Source of the DNA: the human T2T-CHM13v2.0 reference genome, Homo sapiens
Direction: 5' to 3' (one strand)
Length of the DNA stretch: 64,000 nucleotides
NCBI RefSeq assembly: GCF_009914755.1
Contig: NC_060935.1
A program made the translations under genes and the position numbers. Below the pieces are notes generated by a model. The model ran no database searches. It had not been told where the DNA came from and worked only from the letters and a program-made list of their open reading frames with translations. Positions 44,916 to 59,584 of the stretch are shown here, in pieces. Positions within the stretch are counted from its first letter, which is position 1. Each line of letters begins with the position of its first letter.

Positions 44916-46352
44916 CTCTAGTCCAAACAGTTTAGTCTAAAACATAGTTAGATTTGCATATCTACTTCTGCATTCAGTCTGCTGCAATTTGTTATTTTGG
45001 TTGAAGTAGAAGGAAATCTGGCTTTACATGGATGCGTAGTTGGAGAAGAGAAAGCTATTTTAATAGCTTCTTTGGATGATTGTGGATATTCTTTTGGTCC
45101 ATCAAAACATTCTAAGTGAAAGCTTCTTAAAAGTTAGTTGCAATATGGAATCTGAAATTATATCAATTTTTTACACTGAGTGACATTAAAATATTAAAGT
45201 TCATTGTTCTACCTCATAGTCTGAATAGGTCTTTTATCCATCATGACTTTGTAACTTTATGCATTGATCACTTGGAAAATATTTGTTCCTGAATTTTGCA
45301 GCTCTTCCAAATGTTGACACAGTATCAAAGATAATCACAATTGTTAATATTACCCCCAATCTTATCAGAAAAGTTTTTTCTCTTAAGCTGATGGGGGTGG
45401 ATACAAGTTTTCCAAAACCCTTATTTTCATTTGAAAACTCAAATGTTATCATGGACAACAAATACTGTTGCTTGTTTTTCTTGAAGTGACAAACTAACCT
45501 CATTCATTTTTGATAATATGCCTGCCAAATTCAAATAAGCATCGTTTTTCTGTCAGTTGTTCTTTCATATAAAGTGGGTTGCGTGAAAAAAGGGGCTAAT
45601 TCAACTCACGACTCAATTGCACAAATGCTTTTCCTCAAGACAGCCATTGTATTAGGAACACAGAAAAAGTGCTTCATGCATACTTTCCATTTTGTCACAC
45701 AGAACAATAAAAAGATTTGTACTCAAATAGAGGTTTAACAAAATTAATGATTTTCACTGCTTCATCAAGGGATATTTTTAAATGAAACTGACTTTTTTCT
45801 TTTTTACTACAAGTATGTGAAGAATACAATGACTTCCAATACAGCCGGGTGCCACTGCTTTGATTCTTGTTTAGGTTCTAGCAGTTTTACCCACCATTGC
45901 TTTTCTCAATATAGTGAAGAGGGCAGAGAATGTCAGTATTTTTGACTCTCAGGGATCATGGACCACATTTTGAGAACTACTACATCAAAGTATTTTTGGG
46001 TGCTGGGCATCATGTCAGCAATTTAATCTAAAATGATTCAGGGGAAAAAAGTTACTTGTAGAATATTTACAGCTTTCCTGGTTTGAGATTATTTCAAAAT
46101 TTAAAAAACAACATGACCTTTCAAATGTTGAAAACTGATATTTGTGAGAATAATTATTTTAAACTTCAGCAATATACCAGTAAGTTCTTGTACAGATTGG
46201 ATAACTTAATGTTATTTAGTAGCATTCTTGGAGTATAGTCAATGCTCAGAAATTGATAACTGTATTATTACTCCTGTCTTGTTGGTAGAATATTAACTAT
46301 ATCTCTATACATTTTATATGGTACCTTTAGGGAATCCTAGGGTCAAAATGAC

Positions 46353-46656
46353 TTTGTTCTTTGTTTGTTTGCTTTTGAGACAGAGTCTTGCTCTGTTGCC
46401 CAGGCTGGAGGGCAGTGGTGATCTTGGCTCACTTCAACCTCCTCCTCCTGGGTTCAAGTGATTCTCATGCCTCAACCTCCAGAATAGCTGGGATTACAGG
46501 CATGTACCACCATGTCAGGCTAATTTTTGTATTTTTAGTAGACCCTGGGTTTCAGCATGTTGGCCAGGCTGATCGCAAGCTACTGACCTCAGGTGATCCA
46601 CCCGCCTCCGCCTCCCAAAGTGCTGGGATAACAGGTGTGAGCCACCTTGCCTGGCC
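46353..46656 (-). mobile_element. AluS
   Basis: Reverse Alu dimer. Confidence 0.93.
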
Positions 46657-46841
46657 TTTAAATTCTTATTCTTTGTTCTGAAAGTGTTGCAGAACAGATT
46701 GTGTATCAACTGCCTTTGCTTTTATTTTGTATTAATATGTAAAAACTATGCTCTTTTGGTAAATGAAGAGAGGCTGTTTTCTGTGTTGAACAGAAAGATT
46801 ATTCTACTCTTGACAAAATATTGTTGAACTATCTTGATCTA

Positions 46842-47198
<357 letters not shown>

Positions 47199-48204
47199 TC
47201 AATAGCTATTTTAAATTTTATGGTGAGTTTTCTGCCCCCAAAGTTCCCTTTTTAAAGAAAAGAAATAAAATCAACTGTTAAGCTTCTTTTTTCTAACTAC
47301 CAAAGTGGGAGATCCAGACCTTGAAAAGAATAATTTTTTCCTGTGGCAAGATTTTACAAAACCAGAGTGGAATCTCATAAGAACAAAGTGACAGGTTAAA
47401 ATAAAAAGAGATTACTTTTTTAAAAAAATTAGCTCAATCAGCATTTTTAAAATAAAGGTACTGTGTGATATTTGACTTCTAATTAATTTTAGCTATCTTT
47501 ATGTGTGAAAGAAGAAGGGAGAAATAGTATGGTGGGTTACAAGAATATCTCTTTTTGCTTTCTAACTTGATTTGTAGGTCACGGTTATCCTGCATGGAAA
47601 ATTGGTCAGCTCTGGCCCAAATCTTCTTGGTAGTCATTTCATTTTTCAAGCTAACAAAGAGAGAGAAGTAACTTACCTCAAGAAAAGATTCGTTTTACTA
47701 AAAAATAACAGAGAGACACATTTCATATGATTAAAAAAAATGCTGAGACATAATCACAGGAACATTGCCTCATATGCAGAACTAGAAAGACTGTTTTAGC
47801 TATAAAATGTGATGTTTCATTAACCAGATTTCTAAAGCAAATGTTTATACATTTTATAACCCTTGTGTTCTGTCTCTTCATAGAGCTGTTTGTCTGCTCA
47901 GTTGTACAGTCCTGTGGGCTCTCACTCAGAAGTCCCTCCCAGCCTAGCCTGCCTTCCTCTTCCCACTGCTGTCTCTCTCTCCATGGGACCCTCCTCTCTC
48001 ACGGGACTAATGAAGCAGCTGCTTTGTTCTCTGCCTGCCACCTGTCGCTTTTTATAACAAGCTGTGTATCTTCTACTCTGCCACCGTCATTTCCTTCCTC
48101 AAAAAAAAAAAAAAAAAAAAAAAAGAAGTGTGATCTTGTAACTTCCCAGTTTAATAACCTCTCCTAAGTAATTGTAACACACAGGAGGAAATATAAACTT
48201 GTTA

Positions 48205-48382
48205 TAGGACCAATTCCATAGGCCTGTGACCTGAGCATTTGCATGGAGCCCCACACTTAGAAGGGTCCATACTTGGTTTAATGCTCTGCTATTGCCATCT
48301 TGAAATTCTTAATAACTTTTGAATGAGGGGGCCCCACATTTTTATTTTACACTGGGTCCCACAAATTAAGTAGCTAGTCCTA
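48205..48382. mobile_element. MER91-like hAT MITE within L2 remnants
   Basis: cttggtttaatgctctgctattgccatcttgaaattcttaataa; 8-bp TSD with one mismatch (CTTGTTAT/TTTGTTAT). Confidence 0.75.
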
Positions 48383-49080
48383 TTTGTTATCTTGGACCAT
48401 ACAACCTCCACCAGCTGTCTTCTACGAATTTTCTTTCCGCTTCTCTGTGCCATCCACAGGGATTCTTAAAACATGCTGTTCGTTTTCTGCACTTTCTGGT
48501 TTTGCCAACATCTGCCCTTTCTTGATAGGGTCAATTCCTACTCTTCACCAAAAACTCCACACAAATGTTACCTAGTAGGTAAAATAGCACTCTGCAAGAA
48601 TGAGTTGCTTTCTCTTTGATGCTTTGTTTATATTTATTAGAGCAGCAATTGGGTTTACACATATCTCCTTCATCAAAATATAACCTATTTGAGGGTATTT
48701 GTTATTGTCCTCAGGGTGAAGCCTGACACATGGGCACTACTTAGTATGTATTTCTTGAATTTATTCAATCAAAACATTTATTGAGCTCCTATAAAGTACC
48801 AAGTACTGTTGGGCTTTGAGTAAACAGTAGTAAAGAGCAAAAAACAGACACAGATCCTGCCCTCATAGAGCTTACAGTTTAGGGAGTGAGATGCTTTGCC
48901 AGATTGCAACTTGCCATGCTCCTGAATAAATGAATGAGCACCTGGGCCTTGGTTTAGAATGGGAAATCTTTTTGTCTCTTTGACTAGCAGTGGTGGTGGA
49001 ATATTATGATCCCTAGAGTACTGGGAATTTTGTATTTGGAAGCTGACCCAGGTCATTTGGTGACATTAAAGAGAAGGGTA

Positions 49081-49460
<380 letters not shown>

Positions 49461-49857
49461 TTATAACCACTAAGAAAGAAAATTCACCAATTAAACTGAC
49501 TTGCCATCAATTATAAAACACCTTGATTTCAGAGATGAAAAGTGAACTAAAATGTACACCTTGGAATAGATAACATACAATAATTTAAAGGTTAATTACA
49601 AGCAAATTGAGTCAAGGAAATACTTGGACGCTAAAAGCAAGGCTAAAAATAGTACATCATGACCATTGATTCCATGGATGATATGGTAATGAATCACTTT
49701 TTGAAGCAGAGTCAGATGTTCATGCCAGCTTGAAAAAATATGCAGCTGATGCAAGGAGGTAAGAGTTAAGAATACAGATTATACCTACAGCAGCCTATGC
49801 TATTAAGGAAAAAACAACTATTTGCCAAGCAGCCATCTTTGTAGATATTGGCAGATA

Positions 49858-50124
49858 GAGGAGTCCCCCCCGTGTCTGCAGGGGATATGCCACAAGATCC
49901 CCAGTGAATACTTGAAACTGTGGATAGTGCTGAACCCTATATACCTATATGTGCTCTTTTTCTGATCTGATAACCAAGAGAGATACTAAGTGACTAAAGA
50001 GTGGGTGGTGTGTACAGCATGGATATGCTGGACAAAGGTATGATTCACACTGAGAGCAGGACAGTGCAAGATTTCATCATGCTAATTAGAATGGCGTGCA
50101 ATTTAAAACTTATGAATTATTATG
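49858..50124. mobile_element. MER44A-like (Tigger7 derivative)
   Basis: agtccccccc...caagatccccagtg...tgctggacaaagg...aatttaaaacttatgaatt. Confidence 0.75.
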
Positions 50125-50437
<313 letters not shown>

Positions 50438-50525
50438 ACTGTGTAGGGTGGGTATTATTTTTTGTGGTTTTCTAGGCTAAGAAATGGTATTCTTGAAAGT
50501 TCAAAGGCTTGAGTGAAGGGCCTTA

Positions 50526-50999
<474 letters not shown>

Positions 51000-52097
51000 T
51001 CAAAAAACAAAATTCAGGTACTTCTGTTGACCTTTTGTTTACCAAGTGCAGAAAAATCAACGTTGTTATATGAAAATTTCTTCAAGAGTGGTTTGTACAA
51101 GAGTCTACAATTCCTGGACCAACTGTAGAACCCAGAGCTTTCAAAAGGATGGAGCCTATTCACGTCCTATCAATAGAACAGATTCACGCAGCATAAGGTT
51201 TTTATTTATTGCAAGTGGTTGTTCTAGTTAAAGAGGCTATAATGAAAAAAATATAATAACCTTGGCTTAAAATAAAGAAATGCTTGGTTTGAGATAGAAT
51301 CCTGATGAGCTATGATTAATTTTTTGGAAAATGGGTCTCTTCATATGAGATTAAAATTGTCATGAATATTTTTCCAAGGGCAACATAAAAAAGGAAATAG
51401 ACCATTATTTGTGTGGCATCTCTGCTCATTGTAATTAAATGGGCCTTTATAAATGGAGTCAGATCAATTATTCCCTTCTGGTACACAATCACCTTTTCCA
51501 AAGTCATGTAAGGCAGGCTTTCTTTGTTGGGGGATGTCTCACCCCAAGGGATAGTAGGGATGTAAGGATACGGTAAGGCCTAGGAGTTGTGGGGGAAAGA
51601 AGACAGGAAAAGAAGGGAAGTGGAGAGAAATTGGTTAGGGGACTTTGTTTTTCTTTTCCCCTTAAAATTAGAGAAAGTACAAAAGACTTGTCTTGCATCT
51701 TTTAAATCTCTAAATACTGTAAAACATAATTTTAGTGAAAATGGAGAGGTTTTTTAAAAAACGTGCGAGACATTTTTATGGTTACAAACTGAATTTTATG
51801 AATTTATTTTTAAGATGCTAAAATTGGTACGCATTGAATATAGTGCTGTTTCTCTAAGAGTCTCCTCTCCCCAACTCATTATCTTTTCCAAGACTGGAAT
51901 AAGGGAGATTGGTACATGACTAAAATATCCTCAACCTTCATATATGTGCCCCTGAGCCAAGCTTAGAGTACTTTATTCATGAGATGGGATGGTTTCTAAG
52001 GTTTCTTATAACTCTAAAATGTTTGAATTTATATGAGAATGATAGTCCAGACCCGTGTATGACAGATGGAGGAACTGAATTGTCTCTCAATGTAACC

Positions 52098-52235
52098 TTT
52101 TTTTTTTTTTTTTTTTTTGAGAGCTGGAGTCTTGCTATGTTGTCCTGGCTGGTCTCAAACTGCAGGGCTCAAGTGATCCTCTTGCTTCAGCCTCCAGAGT
52201 AGGTGGTACTACAGGCGTGCACCACCACACCCCAC
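52098..52235 (-). mobile_element. Alu monomer (FLAM-like)
   Basis: Poly-T plus a single reverse arm. Confidence 0.8.
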
Positions 52236-52374
52236 TCTAGCTTATATTTTAATATGCCTAATGTTCTGTCTTATACATACATTTCTTACCAGCATGTAAG
52301 AAATGTAATTTCTATAGGGAGGAATTCAAGAAGTATTGAGAAGATGATTTTAATAAATCAGCTGTGTTGGCCTA

Positions 52375-52700
52375 GCTTTATTTACTCATTTAACAAACAT
52401 TGAGCAGAATGACCTCTGCTTTATGCCAGACATGGTGCTAGCTGCAGGGAATACAAATATGACAAATAATGCTCCCTGTTTAAGAAACAGACTCTTTGCT
52501 TAATATATTAAGTGCCTCGTAGGGTTATATAGAAGGTTTCTAGGAGCACAGCAGAGAGTGGAAGTAGCTTTACCTTGGAGGAAATAGGAATAGTGAAAAA
52601 TATGTCCACGGATGCAGTAACATGACTTGAATCTTAAAGAATGTTATAATAATGTTATAATATGGAAAAAGTGAGGAAGGGTGATATGACAGAAATTTCA
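52375..52700 (-). mobile_element. L2 fragment; similar L2 pieces at about 55170-55680 and 60200-61220
   Basis: catttaacaaacattgagc...tatgccagacatggtgctagctgcagggaataca; (TCAT)n L2 tail at 60200-60225. Confidence 0.65.
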
Positions 52701-55686
52701 TAATGGATAGTACCTAAAACTTACAGGGGAAGGCAGGCTGTTTATTTGGAGCAGATGTGGGGACAAAGGAGAGTCAACATATATATTTTGGTTTTATTAA
52801 TAGAAAAAACACAAATAACACACAAGTTTATGTAAATTAGACTTCTTTTGTAACATTCTCAGACTTAATATCCCCAGCCACCTAGGGGAAAAACTTGAGG
52901 AAAGTCCTTCTAAAATCTATAAAATTATTTTTATAGAAAGAGAAATTTAAAAGGAAATGCCAATTTGTTGAGCAAAATGAAAATGATGATGGCCAGAGCT
53001 GGAAGTATGGTAAACATAAAGCCATTCTGAATATATTTATCACCTTTCTTGGCTTGTACCTAAAAATGTGTGAGTTTTAATATTGAGAGGTGTTTCAGCA
53101 GCATCTTGAGACTATTTGAGGGTTCAGTTCCTTTTCTGTCAATTCCAGACTTGACCTTGAATGAATTCTGAATACTCTGTGTCGTAAACAGCAGTGTGAC
53201 TGTAGGAGTGGTGCATGTGCTCTTGCAGGTGATGGAATGGCTTGAGGCCAGTGAGGATATTCATTATTCTATAGCACTATCGTTATAAATAATATTTGCT
53301 TTCTGCTTTTCCACAATTGTAGTTATCTGGTTTTCAATGGAGCAGTAGATAGAAAGGGAGTGAATAGTATCAGTGTAGCTTAGCTTCATTCTCCACTTTT
53401 TATGCCAGAGTTGCATTTCTGCCTCCATTTCTAGTTAGTTGACTGCCTCGAGCAGTTCATACCAGTTTTTTTCTTCTTGGTGTTTGGTCTTAGCCACTAG
53501 GCTGAGAGGCAGTTGGCCAAGACCATCTGATAATTATTTTCATCTGAAAATAAAGTTGGGATGGGTCATGACTATATGTAACCACAACTGTAAGTAGTGG
53601 GATGCTAGCTCATACAATTTCAGATACCGACTGATTTGTCAATAGGCATCAATAGTATTGAGTATCTGTATATATCATGGAATTCTTTAAGTCTTTAAGA
53701 ATTTACAACCACAAGATTTTACTGTGAGATATTTAAACAAAACATTTGAATAAATGGAGAGCCCGGAGGGAATGCCACATTGTCATTCTTTAATTGAAAT
53801 GTTTAATGTAATCCCAATCAAAACTGAGACTAAACAGGTGAGGATAAGCAATAAGTTTTTAAAAAAGAAGAACAAAGTAGACTTGCACTACTAGAAATGT
53901 TGAAACCCATTTTAGATGTAGCATAACTAAAACTAGGGCATTGTGAAAGAACAGAAAAATAAGATAATAAACAGACTATACTTCTGGAATCAGAATCTTG
54001 TAGGTACAAGCTGTCCAATCACTTTAAACATTCACCGGGATCAGCCATTGGATGAGGATGCTACGGAAAGAGCGTGATCTTGGACAAGGCAACTCTGCAG
54101 CTGAGGCTGACACCCAAAAGCTGTCTGCTGGTGATACTCCCACAATTAGGGCAACATGAGTTTCACTGAAGGGGTAATTGTGTGGCTCATATCATATTCA
54201 TTGCAACCTCCAAATCCAATTGTTTGTGCATCTTTATCCTACACACTTGTGGGATATTGATTTTAACTTATTTCAACTCCTACTCTGGAAAAAAGAGAGA
54301 GGCTGTGTCATTTCTTAGACCTTTGTAATGAGGCAAGGATCAGAGTCCCAGAAGAAGTACTACTCCAAAAACTTTGGTAAAGTGCTTATTCTTCCCTAGC
54401 AGTAGGCTGTTGCTGAGTTGTAGACTGGTGGTTTTATGAAAAAAAACAGGTTGGGGAGGTGTGAAGATGGAAATGAGGGCTGTGTTATGTATATCTGGTA
54501 TCTACTTCTGTTCCAGGTGCTTAATTCACCCTCATACTGATGTTTAAAGTTAGAGGATTCTTGTCCATTTGTCTTGTCTTCTGTTGGCAGGGTCACATGC
54601 AGGGTAATAGGCTATGGGAAGGGGGAAGATGCCTAGATTTACTTCTAGGCTGGTCTCCAAGCCCCAAGTTCAAGCCTCCTGAGTAGCTGAGACTACAGGC
54701 ACACACCATCGTTCTCAACTTTTCTTTTTTAACATAGGCTAGCTAGCTCCCACCTTAGCCTTCTAGACCCCTCCATTATAATTCTTATTCAATTGCCTTG
54801 GCCCAGAAAGAGACAGTTCCTGTCCTATTCTTATATATGCACATCTATTTTTGATTCACAGAACTCGATGGTGGAGGTGGAGGCAGTTGATGGAATTCTG
54901 AAAGTCCACCCAACCATGTCCCTGGTCAATAGCATGCATGTACCATATTCCTTGGAAAGGAAACGTGGTGGGAGTCTGCTGGATTCTTCTGGGGAAATTT
55001 TCTCTCTATAAAAGGGACATATCACAGAGACATACAATCTCTGCCTCCGAACATTGTTGTCTGCATGCGATGCATGGAATGGCAATGGCCCTCCAGGAAA
55101 GGAGCCAGCCTAAGGGAAAAGAGAGGAGGGTGGGAAAATCCCAGATCATTTGTGCCATTGTTGAGCAACTGAACAAAACAGAACCAAGTCCTTGTCTTCT
55201 TGAAGCTTAATTTGAGTCAAGACATATAGACAAGCATGTACATTATTAAAATACACTACCTAGTGTATTAGAAGGTGGTAAGTACAATGGGATAAAATAA
55301 AGCAGGGAAGGGCATGAGGAGTGCTGGGGGGGATGGTTGCATTTATTAAAGGGTGGGCAAGGCAGGCTTCTCTGAGAAGGTAACATTTGCTCAAGGACCC
55401 ACCAGAGACAAGGGATGTGGAAGAGCATTCCAAACATAGGGAATGGTAAGTTTAAGTCCCGAGTGTACGTGGACAACATTCTGTATCTAAACAACTGCTA
55501 GGATCCCCTATGGCTAGAACTGAGGAGCAACGGGGAGAGTAGTTGGAGGTGAGTTCAGCCAATAAACTCACACCGTTTATTAGGCTGTTGCCACAGCCTT
55601 TTGGCTCTTACTCTGAGTGAGAGGGAAATCTCTGGAGGTTTGTGAAGAGGTGGGTATCATGGTCTGACCTACGTTAAATAGGAAAA

Positions 55687-55777
55687 GCCGGGAACGATGG
55701 TGTGTGCCTATAGTCCCAGCTACTAAGGAGGCTTAAGCCCAGGCTTGAGACCCCATCTCTTAAAAGAAAAAAAAAAA
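55687..55777 (+). mobile_element. Internally deleted Alu monomer
   Basis: gccgggaacgatggtgtgtgcctatagtcccagctact...gagaccccatctctt plus A-tail. Confidence 0.75.
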
Positions 55778-56849
55778 TGGAAAGGCTCACAATAGAGGCA
55801 GTGAAGAAAAGTTGTTTTTTAAAAAAGGCAGTGGTCACTGTATTAGTACATGATTCTGGGAAATCTAGGTATGAGTTCAGAAATTTTAATTAACCTGAAA
55901 AACTTGTACCAGAAGCCATTTGCTTATGCTAATGTGAATACAAAGAGCTTGCTTTGGTTCATTACTAAATAACATTCTTCGTGAAAGTGTCATTGAATCT
56001 TTTTAGCAACATATCTATACAAAACTCTACAATGTAAGTATGTACATTCAGCAAATCCTGTGAGATGCAGAAGAGTGAATTTGGTTCAGGAGTTGTGAGT
56101 TGGCTTTTATTGGTAGAAAATTTCCTGAATGTCAATACCTAATACTAGTATGGAAAAATAATTTGCTTTTCAAAATAAATAGATAAATTTACCTTATGTT
56201 ATTCTTGAATGAAGTTTTTCATTTAATCAAAGGTATTTTTAAGCTTTTGTTTTGGGGCTTTTTTTTTCCCTTGTGGATCTGTGGCTATAATAAAGTCAGC
56301 ATTCTTTATTTACTGGTGATAAATTCTGTGAAATGTTAAAGTAGACATGTTGGACCAGCTATTGTGAAATTACAGCTCTGTCTCTAACTTCCCATTACAT
56401 GAGCACACCTATAACTCATTTATATTAGCACAGTAAGTATACCTTTAACACCAAATAAGGTATTTTCTAGGTCAATTCTTCTTTTCAGTTTATTCATGGA
56501 TTTCTACCTAGGGTCAGTACTTTTCATTAAGTCTAACTAAGAATCAGATCTCTCATGAACCAACTCTTTAGTTTTAGACAGAAATCCTTTTAGGTCAAGA
56601 ATACATACCTCCTACGAGGATTAATCCTGCATGCTCTGTGATGAGCTGACATTGACTTTGACTAAAGAAAGATTTATTTTTGGAAGCAGGATTTTAAAAT
56701 TAGTTCTTTTGAATTCTCAGCAAGTTCTAAAGAATAAGCATTCCTAGCTCACTGGACTTGACTAAGTAAGCTGAGTGGAGATGGTTGAGGAGAGAAAGAG
56801 AATCTAGCCTTTATGGACTGCCGTCTGCGTACCATAGGTATCATGTGAG

Positions 56850-57010
56850 CCTCACATCATCATTTGGGTAAAATTATCTTCATTTTCACCAAAGGATGGT
56901 GAGGCTCAAAGAGGATGTGTGACTTGCTTAAAGTCATTTTGCAAATATATGTGGAAATGAAATTGATGCTCATGTCTGTGTGACCTCAGAGCCTGTGCTA
57001 TCTCTTCACA
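56850..57010. mobile_element. MIR fragment; others near 27420-27545, 28800-28950 and 58450-58510
   Basis: Core-like tgaggctcaaagaggatgtgtgacttgcttaaagtca. Confidence 0.65.
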
Positions 57011-57686
57011 GGGGCTGTCTATTGAAGGCAAAAGTAAATACTGTACATTAACTCAGATGAGTTTTGTTCCTCCAGGGTCTCATTTCTGAAGCTATTATTT
57101 TCATCAGCACTGTTTGGACCTTAATAGACTTGTGTAAAGTAGAATACTGAGTTGTTTCTCATGTTACTTTATTCCTTTATTACTGTGCATTTTGTGTGGA
57201 TTTTAAAATGTAGTGATTATTAACTATTAACCAAGCTCCCAAATTATAAGATCCCATTCATTTTATTTCCATTGTGATAAGATAGACTTTTTGTTTTAAT
57301 GTGTCACACTTTAAAATATTTTACAACATGAAGACTTCTTCCTGAAGTTACAAAGCACCAATTTACAATTAAAATCACAAAGCCAGTGATATTTAAAGAG
57401 TATATAACTTTATGATATGAATCATGTTTTATTATTTGTACCTAAGGGTCTAAAAGTAGTTTTCATTATTGATTTACAAAAGAAGAACTGATTAAGGAAC
57501 ATTCAGCCAGCTCTCTGTGACGACATTAGAATTTTTATTGCAGAACTAATGTGTTGACTCTATATCATCTCTTAGATGGTCTCATGATTGCTTAAAATTA
57601 TCCTGGTGTAAATTTTGTATCAAATTGGGTGGGGAGAAACGTCTGAAAGGATAATGCTATCAAATGCCTTAATCTTCACTGCCATG

Positions 57687-57733
57687 TACTAATTTTCCCT
57701 GTCTCTCCCCGTTTGTGTTTTCTTTTTCCCTAG
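57687..57733 (+). promoter_or_regulatory. Branch point (TACTAAT) and long polypyrimidine tract of the exon 4 acceptor
   Basis: tactaat at 57687-57693, then an AG-free pyrimidine-rich tract to tag at 57731-57733. Confidence 0.75.
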
Positions 57734-57841
57734 AAGAAAAATTCAAAGTGGAGACAAGAACCATTGCTGTTGACTTTGCATCAGAAGATATTTATGATAA
57801 AATTAAAACAGGCTTGGCTGGTCTTGAAATCGGCATCTTAG
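57734..57841 (+). CDS. HSD17B12: HSD17B12 coding exon (exon 4, 108 nt): (K)EKFKVETRTIAVDFASEDIYDKIKTGLAGLEIGIL(V)
   Basis: Acceptor ttttctttttccctag|AAGAAA, donor ATCTTAG|gtttgt. Phase 1-1. Overlaps supplied ORF 57715..57918. Confidence 0.97.
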   Translation, partial: KKNSKWRQEPLLLTLHQKIFMIKLKQAWLVLKSAS

Positions 57842-58092
57842 GTTTGTATTTTTGCCACATTTATAGGTTCTTCTTGTATTTATTATTTGACTTTATGACT
57901 TTGGATGTTAAGTGGTAAAATGACTAGTGAGAAAATTGTCTTATGATTACGTAAGACATTATCAGTGAATAATATCACTAGGTGACATTAATATATACAT
58001 TTGAATCTGTGTTTTTAGTTCTATATTAACAACATACAATTTTGGTTATTTTCCTTGTTATTTCTCTTATTCTCTGTGTATATTTAGATATA

Positions 58093-58434
58093 CAGTTGTC
58101 CCTGGGTATCTATGGGTATAGGTTCCAGGACCTCTTCATATGCTCAAGTTCCTGATATAAAATGCCTTAGTATTTGCGTATAGCTTATGCGCATCCTTCT
58201 GTATACTTTAAATCATCTCTAGATTACTTATAGTACCTAAAACAATGCCTACACATCACTTCATTTGTGCAGATTTAATGTGTAGACACACTGGTAAACT
58301 CAAGTTTTGGTTTTTGGAACTTTGTGTAATTTATCCCCCTGATATTTTTGATTTGTCTCTTTTCTCCCCAGTATTTTTGACCCGTCACTGGTTGAATCCA
58401 TGAATGTGGAGCTCACAGATAATAGGACTGATGG
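58093..58434. mobile_element. MER2(B) Tigger-family MITE
   Basis: TA|cagttgtccctgggtatc...tatactttaaatcatctctagattacttata...|TA. Confidence 0.8.
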
Positions 58435-59470
58435 TAGTTATATTGTAATAATCCTTTAAAGTGGATGGTGCTGACTCATTTACATACAGTTGAGGAAATG
58501 AAGGCTTAGAATAATTTATTCAGCCTTTTGTTCACTATTACCCCCCGAGAAGACTTTAGAGATTTTTCCTAATCTAACTCTCATGAAATTTTAATACCAC
58601 AAATACACTGTATAGATCCGATTATGTACTATATGTATATCTCTGCTTTATAAAAAAAAATACAAATAAGATTCCCACCCCACCCTGACCAAATTTCATC
58701 TACTCTGTGGAGCTCTGCCCCAGTTGAAAATGGATTGTTTAGAAGGGCACATAAAGATTGAGTGGTTCAGCTGGGGTTCAGTCTTGTATTTTTTTTTCTA
58801 AGTCTTATACCCCTTTTGTTACATCTCAGCTACCTTGCTCTTATTACCAGAAACAGATACTTTTATTGGGATAATCAGAATATTGAACTTTGTTATGGAA
58901 ACAATTCAGAAAATTGTATAGGAAAAAAAATGGGCTTTGTTAACTTTCCCACCGCTCTTTGAGAGTCGTTTCTAGAAAGAAACAGGGCATCTAGTTCCAA
59001 AAAAAACTAAACTTCCTCATTAAATCTGTTTATCCCACTGCCAAAATTGGTGGGAACCAACTAATTGTCATTGTTTGTTTAGTTGGGCTATAAAAGTTGG
59101 ATAAATTAAGATAATTTTTAAAAACATTTTCTAACATTTCTTTAGTCGTAAAGACCCCACTTCCCTTTCTCATCCTATAAAAGAATGGTCTTTTACATGA
59201 TTTCCATAATAGATAAGACAGTTGTTAAAAATCAGTTAAACAAGTATAGCCCTGCATAGTACTGTTGCACCTGGCTTTCACATGCTATCCTTTCCCAGCT
59301 CCTGCCTGGTCCATATCACACATCACCATGCCCCATATACCGACACCACTACTCCCTCACTTATAGGAAGACCAATAGGTAAAAATGAATGCAAACACAG
59401 GTCTGGTTTTTGCCTTTGTGTTTGCATGTTCTTAAATATATGTATTGCTGGGAGTCCTTCACAGTTTCCT

Positions 59471-59584
59471 CTTCCTTAGCCTAGATCTGAAACACATAAA
59501 GCACCACTGACATCTATAAAAAAATCTTGACTTCCTTCACCTAGATCTGGAATACATAAGTCACCACTGACATCTGTAAAAATC
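59471..59584. repeat. Diverged 60-bp tandem duplication, two copies
   Basis: 43 of the first 50 positions are identical at period 60. Confidence 0.9.

Larger units (their letters stand above)
42744..45982. mobile_element. Charlie1a-like hAT DNA transposon, interrupted by an L1 and an ERV
   Basis: Inverted ends cagcattctcaaactttt and cattttgagaactacta; typical Charlie1 internal sequence. Confidence 0.8.

Noticed and set aside
54500-54610. Candidate cryptic acceptors (ttccag|, ttggcag|) in intron 3
   Set aside because: No convincing paired donor or reading-frame support.
57715-57918. 67-aa ORF as a standalone protein
   Set aside because: It is HSD17B12 exon 4 plus intronic read-through on both sides.
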